A stretch of DNA of 64,000 nt. Source: Marsupella aquatica (taxonomy: Eukaryota; Plantae; Marchantiophyta). Each line of letters starts with the position of its first letter. Within the stretch, counting starts at the first letter, position 1. Positions 13,234 through 24,950 of the stretch are shown here, piece after piece. A model generated the notes under the pieces. The model ran no database searches, was not told where the DNA came from, and saw nothing but the letters and a program-made list of their open reading frames with translations. The stretch is from contig OZ316893.1 of the NCBI GenBank assembly GCA_973895155.1, forward strand, positions 24,789,520-24,853,519. The letters run 5' to 3'. A program made the position numbers and the translations under genes.

Positions 13234-15059
13234 AGTCCATCCGTCTATTTAGACCAGGAGCCGTCTATTTAGACCATGAGCCGTCATACTCTTAGTTTCA
13301 ATCTCCATTGTTTCAGTACATCATGTAAACATACAGTATTGTGTGGGCAATAAAGACATTCTGGTACAGGGAGGGCTTACTCAGTCCACGGGGCATCATG
13401 GACAACTTTCAATATTATTCTCCTGTTTTCATTTTTCATTTTTCATTTTAAAACAATGTAAACACTGAAAAGTGAGTATGTGAACACTGAAAAGTTAGTG
13501 TTTATACCAGGATTCTTAGTATAAACATTCTTATGATTTACATGAAACTAAGAATGTTTTCTAGGATATGCCCAACTGACCTATTTACAGTTTATTCTTT
13601 GTTGTGCTAACCTAGATGGCAGTACAATAGTGGCAACAGAAGGAGTATGCAACATTGTGAACACTTTCAGATACTTTGGTTCATCATTAGATCATTAGTT
13701 TGATGAGCTTCTTTGACAAGCATGCAGGTTCAACTGGAGTTTAGATGACTCATTTCAGTCAGTGGATACGAGTGACATATAAAGGGAACAAGGTCAATCC
13801 ATTCATTGAAGAACCCTTGCAATGAGCACTAGTATGCCACCTTGGATGTTCCCCTTGCAGGTTTAGTCTCTACTTTAGATGTTGATCAGTAGTAGCAAGT
13901 TTAGCATAATTTTTCCTTTGTAGTATTTGCCAAAAGGAAGGTTTTTCCTACCATTATTTTCTGAAAAAATTGAATATTTTTTACATTTTATTAATACTCA
14001 AAGTTTTCCTCCTCTCTTTTGGCCATCTGGACTGGTTTGGCCGCAATTGATTCCTTTCTCTGGGCATGCTCCTCCTTCTAGTCTCCCTTGTTCTCCCTTT
14101 TCTTTCTGGCCTGTCTCCTCCTATCAGATGGGCTCCCTATGAAATAAAGTTGTTGGGATTTTGGACGTTTAAAAAAAGTTGAAACTTGTCAAATCTAATT
14201 TTAGCTATTTTTAGTAAGAGCAGATGACAAGTTACGTAGATGACAAGTTTTGTATTGAACTTATTCCCATAAATGCTAGAAACAGGAAAAAAAACCAAAG
14301 TGCACTAGTACCTCCAACTGGATCTAAAAATGTTTTTCAAACAAGCGCCAACAGGTGATACGAAATTCATGAGTTTTACCTAAATTTTTAATATTGGGCA
14401 ATCTATCTACTCACTATAATACACAATCCCACCTTTTTTTAAAACCTTTTGGCCCGCATACAAAATGCACTTTTGGGAGTAACTTATTATGACCCTTGGA
14501 TTTAAAACTTATATTATTGGTGTCTATGAGATCTGGTGAGAAGAATAATAGATGTCCTACTGTAGCTTGGGGCACACATGCGCTTCCACCCACACGTGGA
14601 CTATTGAAGTGACATCTGGCTATAATGGGTTGGTGGGTCTAACAAGAAGATCTAAGTAGACCCCACATTACTTTTGGACACATGCTTGCCCCATTCACCC
14701 TAAAGTAAACTTAGAGAAAAAGAACAATACAAATTACACTTTTGAGTTGAAAAGACATTATTTATAGGAAGCGGAAAAGAGGCTATTGAGGGGAGATTGA
14801 ACTAAATTTCTTACTTTTTCTATACTCTCCATGAAGTATTTCTTCCAACTTACATTTATGCCAAATCCTAAATTCTTTTTTGCAATAACCATATTGATCA
14901 AGGACACAATGGCCCCAAACATGAAATGGCCACAACAATAAAATGGCTGTAATGACAATTGTGGAGCGCACGGGGAATGGGTTTACATATATACATATAC
15001 AAATCAAACATTATAAAAAATTATATATCCTGCCTAAATTAAAGCTTTTGTGCAATAAA

Positions 15060-15320
15060 CTTCACATCTTTTGTGGCTTCAATATCTTTTTCTCTCCTCA
15101 ACATCTTTTAATCACCTCCACATCTTTTATCACCTTGACATCTATTTATCACCTCGACAATTTTTGTCAACTCTACATCTTTTTATCACTTTGATATTTT
15201 TTTCTAACCTCAACATCTTTTCTCATTTCAACATCTTTTATCACCCAACATTTTTTTATCACCTCAACATCTTTTTATCACCTCTACATCTTTCGTGCAA
15301 AGCCATTATGATGGGCTACT
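15060..15320 (+). repeat. Degenerate ~18-bp minisatellite (TTTTATCACCTCAACATC-like), probably from a non-autonomous Helitron
   Basis: About a dozen degenerate units; the reverse-complement array occurs at 24585-24950. Confidence 0.6.
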
Positions 15321-15414
15321 CCTTGGGATGCTTCGGATGCAATCTCCTGAGGGATATAATGTAGCCCTGAAATTGCCCACAGAGGCTCAATCATACCTCG
15401 AAAACCTCAATGGG

Positions 15415-15647
15415 ACACATGTCAGGATGGGCATTGGAAGTATATCAAAGTGCCAAAAAGCACAAACGGGGAGACAGGGTCCAAAGTCCTCCAAAGGCAA
15501 AGGCACCCAATAAAGGGAAAGAACACATGTCGGGATGGACATTGGAAGTATATCAAAGTGCCAAAAAGCACAAACGGGGAGACAGGGTCCAAAGTCCTCC
15601 AAAGGCAAAGCAACCCAATAAAGGAAAAGAAAGAGAAGATTGGAAGT
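15415..15647 (-). repeat. 108-bp tandem duplication containing a short retroposon-like insertion
   Basis: Units begin at 15415 and 15523. ATTGGAAGT flanks the insert (15433-15441 and 15639-15647). Similar to the inserts at 28928 and 42441. Confidence 0.75.
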
Positions 15648-15827
15648 GACGTCAACTCTTGCTTATAAGATGTTGAGCTTGGGCACGACTGTAGCTGTCT
15701 GGTCGGAATCGCGCTCACATGCGCAACCAGAGATTTGGAGGAGGGAAACGAAGGGATCGGAGGTGGTAAACGAAATCTGCGATTTTCGGAGACTGCAAGT
15801 TGAGAGCTCTCAAGGGAGACAGAAATC

Positions 15828-17500
15828 ATGGCGGCAAGGTGAATACTTAACCCTCTGAGTGAGGAATCGTGTGGGCTACCTACTGTAGAACGCTAGTTGG
15901 GATCCAGGTTAATCATGGGATCTAATGCTTTCCAGTAAAGTCTCTAGAGAACCGTATTGAAGAGAGTGCGTTCTAAGATTTGTCACCGGATGCTTTGTAG
16001 AGTCCAATTCGATAACTGTTAGGTTTCGACATGACTTGCAATTCCGTTTATGTGAAGGAACCAATCGACCGAATTAGCGGAATGCCGTTAGCTTTCGTGA
16101 TTCACAAGGGTAGGAATTAAGGACGTACACAGAATAGTCTTTTGCTTAGGAAGATGGGAGACGCGTGCTGGACTGTTGCCAGGCGGAATTGTGCAGGACC
16201 TTTTGAACCTGAGAACTCGGTGAGATAAGGAGAAGTTTGGTAAACCGGGTCACTCCCAGTAGTCCGTCTACTGATGTTACTCGTTGATTTCGAGCAGGTC
16301 GTGGTCCAAGGATACTGTGGCGGTAGTGACTGGAAGCAACAAGGGAATTGGGTTTGAGATTGTGAAGGGACTAGCAAAAAGTGGAGTCACGACAGTGTTG
16401 ACTGCTCGTGATGAAGGAAGGGGACAGGCAGCGGCAGATGCTTTGAAGGCCCAAGGTTTGGATTCAGTTGTATTCCATCCTTTGGATGTTACCAGCGCGG
16501 AATCGATTGACAATCTTGCGGTTTGGTTACAAGACAAGTTTGGGGGAGTAGGCATTCTGGTGAAGCAACCATTTGCCTACGTCTTTTACTCTGCTGACTT
16601 TTTGTTCTATTCCTGTACTGAATTGTACGCCGTTCTGAGGTCCCCAACAGATCATGTGTTGTGAAGTTGACAGTTATCTCTACGCATTCTTAGTTCCCTT
16701 CATGTTGTAATTTGTAGCTACACTGGATGGTTTGTAGGTGAATAACGCAGCAGTTAGTATAGTGCAGTTAAGCTATGACGATGCCAAGGCAACTCTGGAC
16801 ACAAACTACTATGCTGTGAAAAACTTAACCAGTGGGCTGTTACCTTTACTACGACCCGGTGCACGAATTCTGAACATAAGCTCAATGCTTGGACAGCTTG
16901 CGGTAAGAGACCATTTTCCTGCGTGCGTACAAGGAGCTTAGTTTCCTTCTAATTGAGCGAAACGGAGTGTGTACAAGTCCTTTTGGTCCTTAGCAGTTGG
17001 TCATCGCATAATTGCTCTGCTCAGTGGTCATTGAAAGGAACATCGTGTTGTGCGAAAGTGGAGGTGAATGCTGGAACTAACAGTGGTGTACGCTTATCTT
17101 GCAGTTTGTGGGATCCTCCGTGGCGAAGGTGTTGGGTGATGAGAAAAATCTCAGTGAAGATCTTGTTGATTCGTATGCAAATAAATACTTAGAAGCAGTG
17201 AAAGCAGGACAATGGGAAAGAGAGGGATGGTGCACGGCATACCCACAATATTCTGACTCTAAGGTGCTCCTGAACGCGTACACTAGGGCATTTGCGAAAA
17301 CGCTGTCCAAGAGACCCGAGGACCAGAAGATTTACGTGAATGTCGTTCATCCTGGCTACATTGGAACCGATTTGAACAATCATTTGGGCACTGGAACTCC
17401 AGAAGAAGGAGCTGATACAGCAGTGTGGCTTGCTTTGTTACCAGAGCACGAATATCCACACGGAGGATTTTTCTTTAAGAGAGAGCCATTTGCCTTCTGA
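15828..17500 (+). CDS. Classical short-chain dehydrogenase/reductase of the carbonyl reductase / (+)-neomenthol dehydrogenase / salutaridine reductase type, 4 exons, ~277 aa
   Basis: Exons 15828-15838 (11 coding nt), 16298-16559, 16738-16902 and 17105-17500 total 834 nt in frame. Motifs TGSNKGIG, LTARD, NNAA, NISS, catalytic YSDSK, HPGYIGTDLN and TPEEGADTAVWLAL. Confidence 0.92.
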
Positions 17501-17582
17501 AGTATTATAGCCCAAGTTTGAGTTGCTGTCACCAATGTTCACAATGTTCTTTCTGAGCACTTCAATAAGAAAGAAAAATATA

Positions 17583-17618
17583 ATTTCCCTTACTTGCTGA
17601 TTAGCAAGTAAGGGAAAT
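17583..17618 (+). other. Perfect 16-bp inverted repeat in the SDR 3' region
   Basis: ATTTCCCTTACTTGCT-gatt-AGCAAGTAAGGGAAAT. Confidence 0.85.
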
Positions 17619-18124
17619 GAGCGAATGTGATGGTCAGCTGGAGAGATTAGGAAGGGAAGTGGTGGTATTTCTCATCAGCTTTTCTTCAAGTTTTATGTTC
17701 GGGATCGTGTCACTTGATAAGTTGAATGTGCTGTTGATGTAACTAGACGGCATTCCGAGTTTTAATCCTTTCTTTACAAAGCAGTTACTGACTTGACGAC
17801 TTTGTCAAGAAAGACAACAAGGTGGATTTTTGGAAATGTCTTAAAGTACTCGTGACATGAATATTTTTCGAAGCCCCTTGAAGACCAAGTGATCACAAGT
17901 GGCACCTGAAAACCGTGTACCACTGGTTGTCTGGAGGTTAGAGACCGTGTACCACCGGTTGTCTGGAGGTTAGAGGTCATTTTTCAGTAAAACATGTAAA
18001 CTCACAGAAGTATGCTGGCCATGTGGAGATGTTGAAACAGTCTAGGGCGGGTTAGTCTGTCCATGGGAGCATCATGGACAGGGAGCATCATGGACAACCT
18101 GGCAGTCAATTTGACCAGTACTTT

Positions 18125-18855
18125 CAGTATTATTCTCCTATTTTCATTCTGATTTGAAACTAAAGCCCGGATGTACGTCCATTTTGTCTATGGACTAGCA
18201 AAGTTTGGATGGACTTGTTTAGAACATTCAAATAAACTGAGATAACATTGTTTACACTATCATTCTCTTATTTTCATTCTTATTTGAAACTAAAGCCGGG
18301 ATGTACCTCCATTTTGTCTATGAAACCCAGATGTACTAGCAAAGCTTGGATGGACTTGTTTAGAACATTTCAATTAATTCAGATAACATTGTTTACACTT
18401 TTGACTGAAATACAATCCTAAACCTATCAAGCAAATCCCATGACCTTTGGCAGAACCTTTGACCTTTGGCAGAACCTTTTAACTGTATGACCCACTGAAA
18501 CGTTTCTCACCAAATAGGTCACACTTTTTTGTCAAAGTTCTTGTAGTAGTTCTTATAACGAGTTTCTGCTTGATACTATAGCCAACAACAGTTATTGTGA
18601 AGTTTGTAAACCAACAATGAAATTTGTAGCCCAACCTTGGACAATCACCATGGACAATCTAACTACATGGTTCAGGAATTTCCGTGGAATAGTGGTAGTG
18701 TAAACCCGAATTGCCATAACTTAAGTGAAGATAATATGGACTACAATGAAATTTGTAGCCCAACCTTGGACAATCTAACTAAATGGTTCAGGAATTTCCG
18801 TGGAATAGTGGTAGTGTCGGCCCGAACTGCCATAACTTAAGTGAAGACAATATGA
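18125..18855. repeat. Local tandem duplications between the SDR copies
   Basis: ~135-bp duplication at 18125-18400, a 17-bp duplication near 18441-18479, and a ~130-bp duplication at 18614-18855. Confidence 0.75.
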
Positions 18856-19026
18856 TTTGAAGTGTAATAGAGGTATTCTCCGCCCTCTGCCCGAATCGCA
18901 GCAGTCAGGTTGGAATTAAGGCGTCACAAGAAATTTGGAGGAGCAAATCGAAGGCATCTAGGTAGTAAGAAATCCGTGCGAGTTTTGGAGACCGCAAATT
19001 GAGAGCTCTCAAGGGAGACAGAAATC

Positions 19027-20729
19027 ATGGCAGCAAGCCAAATACTGAACCCTCTGAGTGAGGAATCATGTGGGCTAACTAGAACGCTATTTGGGATCGA
19101 GTTGAATTGTGAATGTCACTTACTTTTGAAGACTTGGAGTCCTCCGTGATCTTATGCTTTCCAAAAAGTCTCTAGAGAAGAGAGGGCTTTGGAACATTTT
19201 GTCACCGGATGATTTGCAGAGTCCAATGCCATGACTGTTAGGTTTCGACACGAATTGCAATGCCATTAAGGTGAAGGAACCAATCGACCGAATTAGCGGA
19301 TTTAAGTCAGCTTTCGTGATTCACAAGAGTAGGAATTAAGGACGTAGACAGAACAGTCTTTTGTTTAGGAAGATGGGAGACGCGTGCTGGACTGTTGCAA
19401 GGCGGAAGAAAAGGGGTTGTCTCCGTTGTCCAGGACCTATTGAACCTGAGAACTCGGTGAGATTAGAGAAGTTTTGTAAACCGGGCCACTCCCAGTAGTC
19501 CGTCTACTGACGTTACTCGTTGATTTCGAGCAGGTCGTGGTCCAAGGATACTGTGGCGGTAGTGACTGGAAGCAACAAGGGAATTGGGTTTGAGATCGTG
19601 AGGGGACTAGCAAAAAGTGGAGTCACGACAGTGTTAACTGCTCGTGATAAAGGAAGGGGGCAGGCAGCGGCAGATGCTGAAGGCCCAAGGTTTGGACTCT
19701 GTTGTATTCCATCTTTTGGATGTCACCAGTGCGGAATCCATTGACAATCTTGCGATTTGGTTACAAGACAAGTTTGGGGGAGTAGACATTCTGGTGAATC
19801 AACCAATTTGCCTCCGTCGTTTACTCTGCTGATTCTCTTTCCCATTCCTTTACTGAATTGTATGCCGTTCTGAGGTCCCCAACAGATCATGTGTTGTGAA
19901 GTTGACAGTTATCTCTACGCATTCTTAGTTCCCTTCATGTTGTAATTTGTAGCTACACTGGATGGTTTGTAGGTCAATAACGCAGCCATTAATATCGAGC
20001 AGTTAAGCTATGACGGTGCCAAGGCAAGTCTGGACACAAACTATTATGCTGTGAAAAACTTGACCAGTAGGCTGTTACCTTTACTACGACCCGGTGCACA
20101 AATTCTGAACATAAGCTCAGTGCTTGGACAGCTTGCGGTAAGAACCATTTTCCTGCGTGCCTACAATGAGCCTAGTTTCGTTCTATTTGAACAAAACCGA
20201 ATGTCTACAAGTTCTTTTGGTTCTTAGCAGTTGGTTATCGCATAATTGCTCTGCTCAGTGCTCATTGAGAGGAGCATCATATTGTGCAAAAGAGGAGGTG
20301 AATGCTGAAACTAGCAGTGGTGTGCGCTTTCCTTGCAGTTTGTGGGATCCTCCGTGGCGAAGGTACTGGGTGATGAGAAAATTCTAAGTGAAGATCTTGT
20401 TGATTCGTATGCAAAGAAATATTTAGAAGCAGTGAAAGCAGGGCAATGGAAAACAGAGGGGTGGTGCACGGCATACCCACAATATTCTGACTCTAAGGTG
20501 AATCTAAAGCGTACACTAGAGCAATTGCGAAAACGCTGTCGAAGAGACCCGAGGACCAGAAGATTTACGTAAATGTTGTTAGTCCTGGCTACATTGTGAC
20601 CGATTTGAACAATCATTTGGGCCCTGGAACTCCAGAAGAAGTAGCTGATACACCAGTGTGGCTTTCTTTGTTACCAGAGCACTAATATCCACATGGAGGA
20701 TTTTTCTTTAAGAGCCACTTGCCTTCTGA
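19027..20729 (+). pseudogene. Tandem SDR duplicate, pseudogene
   Basis: Colinear with 15828-17500 including introns. First donor GT is replaced by CC; 2-nt deletion near 19678; 1-nt indel near 20500; GAA>TAA near 20683; short deletion before the stop. Confidence 0.92.
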
Positions 20730-21214
20730 AGTATGAAAGCCCAAGTCTGAGTTGTTGCCACCAAACGTTCACGACGGACTTCCTCAGTTCGTCAATATAA
20801 AATCAAAAAGTCTTCAGCAAGTAAGGGAAATCTACGATTGTGACGGGTGGCTAGAGAGTTTATGAAGGAAAGTGGTGGTATTTGTCATCAGCTTTCTACA
20901 AGTTTAACGCTCGGGAACGTGTCCCTTGATCGATTGAATGTGCTGTTTGCCCGGCTGTTTGATGTAATGGGACCGCATTCGTAGGCTTTGTCTGATGGAC
21001 CAGCTACCTGATATAACTCTTGGAGCTCTTGTTTTATTGAGACCACCACCTCGCACAGTGCAATGGAGAATTGTATAGTATGTCGCCCAATTTCACTTCC
21101 ACTCCTTGCCCTCGTCTACGATGCCTAATTATTGAGTTGTGGTAGAACCAGAAATTGCGTGATAATAATCTTGATGAGAGTCTGGGTGACTAGTCTGTTC
21201 TGAAGGGAGGGATG

Positions 21215-22005
21215 GAAATGGTTCCTGGTAACTACACATCAAAAAGTAGCAACCTGTGATATACCTGGCTATGTAAAAGGAACAACACTTATTGAATAAT
21301 GGGCTTTGTTGAGGTAAGGAAAATTTGCTTGTGGTGATGGCATTTTTGCCATGGCTATGTAAAAGGAACAACACTCATTGAATGATGGGCTTTTGTACTC
21401 GTTGAATGATGGGCTTTGTTGAGGTACGGAAAATGTGCTGGCGGTGTTGGCATTTTTGCCACTTTGATATACCTGGCTGTGTTAAAAAAAAAACACTAAT
21501 TGAACAATGGGATTTTTTGTGGTAAGGCAAATTTGTTCGTCATGTGGGCATCTGCCATGTGGCACTGTACGCCGTATATTTTTTTATGTGCATTTTTTAC
21601 CAGAAAGGAAAGAAAATCATGCTCAACCCCAGACAAGCAATCTTGGAATCCCAAGCTAGTAGAAGCTTATTTAGTATCTGGATTAGATGTCAAGACTTGG
21701 ATATCGAATACTAGTGAATCTCGTGCTGACATCAATGTTTGTACAAATGCTGTCAGAAAAGAGAAGCTCGAACAGACTTCATCAGCATATTTTTTAGTGT
21801 GCATTATTACCAGAAACGAAAGAATATCATGCTCCCCTTGAGACCACAATGATTGCAATCTTGGAATCCCAACAAACAAGCTAAAAGTTCGAGTCTGTCC
21901 ATTAGACGTCAAGACGTGGATAATTAATACTAATATATGGCGCGTTCACACCAATGTTTGTTCAACTGTTGTTAGAAAAACTAAGCTCGAATAGACTCCA
22001 TCACT
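21215..22005. repeat. Tandem duplications (about three ~100-120-bp units, then two ~210-bp units)
   Basis: Repeated GCTATGTAAAAGGAACAACAC..TTGAAT.ATGGGCTTT block; repeated TACCAGAAA..AATCTTGGAATCCCAA..TTAGA.GTCAAGAC block. Confidence 0.75.
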
Positions 22006-24558
22006 GTACCTAGCTACTCCCATTTAAACCTTTATAATTTTACACTCATAAGTGTAACAAAGCACACTAAACCAGTAGAATCAAAAATCAGAAATGGGGT
22101 TAGGGATGGTCTTGTGTTTGACTTCTCCGGACCTTTGCTTTTACTTCATGTATTTGGAACTTTTCTGCTGCACATCATCCCCTACCCATGGGAGCACTTT
22201 GCCTTGCAACCTTTCCCAGGGAACCCTTTGCCTTATAACCTACATTGCTATCTTTGCAATGGGTCAGGAAGCCCTAGAAGGGCATCCAGATGTCTCAAGC
22301 TACAGCTCTGGGAATGCTCAGCTGTCAATTGCGGATCCTTGATGCATAGCAGAACAGAATCAACGACTCTCAAGGTCACCTCCCCTTAGGGTGGCTTGAG
22401 CTTTGGAAGCTTTGACATTTGAACATCTGGCCTGTTCCTATTGAATGTTGGCAGATACAGCTAGGGGAGAAAAAAACCTTCCCCCAGTCTTGTAAAGGTC
22501 CCCTCATCTTCACAGTTGAATGTTGTTTCCCATCTGAGCTGTGCCTGTTGTCCTTAGAATTGCCAGTGTAAATAGCATGGTTCTGTGTGTGAACAGATCC
22601 TTATGAGTGAGATAGGTATTCTGTTGGACTGTCTGTGTCAAGACTTCTTGTTTGAGTTTGGTGTTTCTCCTCTCTTGACCTCTTTTGCTTTTACACCATA
22701 GTACTTTGTGTGGCCCTTTTTAGTAAATATCCATCATTGTGTTTTTTGTGTGTTCTTCTTGGTTTCTGCTTTAGGTCTACCTACCCTACTGCCAGAACAG
22801 AAACTAAGACTACGGGATGAAGACACACATTCATTCATGTCACGTGATTTGAGGGTTGCAAATACCTTGTCAAGATGGGTTTGCGTTCTGGCTGTATGGA
22901 GGTCATGATTAGGTGTCAATTTGATCCCTGGTTTAGTCATCCAAATCTACAACTATAATAAGTGATCCAGCCTTTTTTCATCCTTCGTCCAGTTATGAAA
23001 TCCAGAATTGGCAGGAATCAAAACTGGCCATTAGATATTTTAGAGTATTTTTGTATCTGTTTGATTAGCACTTGCCCTCTCTGGCGAGGCCTCCCACGCC
23101 CATGCCTTCATTATGTACCCCCCTTGCGATATACATATACTAGCATCAATGCTCGCGATGCCTCGCCGGCCCTCACGATGCCTCGCCCTCCCCTTGGTCC
23201 TGATGCACTTGCCCCTGCCTCTTGCCCCCTGGCCCGACTCCCTATGGCCGGCCCTCATTGCGCCATGCAATGCATGGGCATAGGGCTCGTAGAGAATAAT
23301 ATAGACATGTGACATTCAAAGCCCTGGCAAAATGAGAGAACCTCAGAAATTGCGCGGCAGGGCCTGAATATCTCTAGGGTTGGAAAGATTTTAGGTAAGA
23401 TAAATTTAATTCTTTGCAACCCTAAATTACCTGGTCACAACTGAGCAGAAATTCTACACACACCCGTCAAGACCTAATGCCCCAGCCAGATGAGGGACAT
23501 AACCTCAAATTCCAGACCTGTTGCCTGTCCTGAAGCTTGTCCTGAAGTAATCCAAGAATGAATTTCTCCATTATGTTATCTACCAGGGCCAGGACCCACA
23601 TTACTTCCTCTTCAAACAAAAGAGAAACTTCTCATTATGCTGGAGATCATGTACCTTTCCACAATCTGGGATCATTTCCTCTATCAAAATAATGAGCCAA
23701 TTGAATGAGAATAAATAATTTGGCCAGCACAGAGAAATGAATGGATGGCTTCTTGAAGGTATCAACAGCAGGAGCTCCAAATTTGTGTGTGTATGATATG
23801 TGACCTCCAAAGCCAGAGCAGTCACCTATCTTGAAGTAATCCCAACATATCTCTCTTATCTAGAACTATTTAATAGTGCTCAATTGAGAGCTACTCTTAG
23901 AGATTACTATGTACACTGAAGTCTCTAGAACATGACTCTGGGGCATAACTGAAAATGAATAGTAGGGAGTAGTGTTGTTTGTAAAGGTCTTTTCTGTCCT
24001 CATCTCTATTTATGTTCAAATAACCATAATTATGGTAATCTTTATATCAGAAACAAGGTTCTACTGCCTTCCACTGAACACAACGCCACAGGCTTGTATT
24101 TCAATAGTGGGCCACCTTGGGCGTTGTATTTGTGTTTTGACTATGTGTTTTCATTTTTTGTATTTGCAGGGCGTTTTTGAAAATAGGCATTGTATTTGAA
24201 TATTGACATTGTGTTTGAACATTGGCATTGTCATATGATTCTTGATTTTTTAACTATTTGTGCTCAATGTAGAGCAGCTTAGGGTCAAATCTCGAACACA
24301 GTGTCCAACTCAAACACAACGCCAATATTGGACCACAATGCCTGGGCGTTGTGTTTGAAAAACAAATCCTTTTTCTTGTGGAGACCTAAAAAAGACGGTA
24401 GCTGTTTACACTATTGTTTTGATTTTGGAAACAAGGGTACGTAGCCATGGCTACTCTAGATCAAATGCTAAGTATAGGGAGGTAGTTGTAGACATAAGCC
24501 TTCTACAACTGAAGATAATTCAGGTTGTTGTCACTCAGTCTAGTCAATATGTTCTAAA

Positions 24559-24950
24559 TTAGCCTGATGCTTGTGCGTTGCACAAAAGATGTTGAGGTGA
24601 TAAAAGACGTCAAGGTGAAGAAAAGATGTTGAGATGAAGAAAGATGTTGATGAGAGAAAAAGATTCAAGCTGAGGAAAAGAGGTCAAGGTGATAAAAAGA
24701 TGTTGAGGAGAGGGATTGGGAGAGGGAAAATGTCATGGTGAGATAAAGATGTCAAGGCGAGGAAAAGATAGCGAGATGAGAAAAAGATAAGATGTCAAGG
24801 TGAGGAAGAGATGTCAAGCCAAGTGAAAAAAGATATTGAGAAGAGAAAAAGATGTCCAGGAGAAAAAATATGTCAAGGGTACGAAAAAATGCCGAGATGA
24901 GATAGAGATGTCAATGTGAAAAAAAGATGTCAAGGTAAAGATGTTAAGGA
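24559..24950 (-). mobile_element. Non-autonomous Helitron-like 3' end with internal minisatellite
   Basis: Minus strand reads TTGTGC-aac-GCACAA hairpin, 8 nt, then CTAA followed by T (CTRR rule). Preceded by the same ~18-bp minisatellite as 15060-15320. Confidence 0.5.

Larger units (their letters stand above)
5182..13300 (-). mobile_element. Probable older solo LTR (~550 bp: 5182-5671 plus 13239-13300) split by the copia insertion
   Basis: Starts TGTTAG and ends TTTCA; flanks ATCTG/ATCTC match at 4 of 5 positions. A related CCGTCT(T)ATT(T/A)AGACC motif occurs on both sides of the copia element, with a TATA-like CCTATATA near 5427. Confidence 0.45.

Noticed and set aside
23075-23290. GC-rich patch with repeated CCTCGC/TGCCCC motifs
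   Set aside because: Resembles a TE subterminal fragment, but no termini or TSD could be defined.
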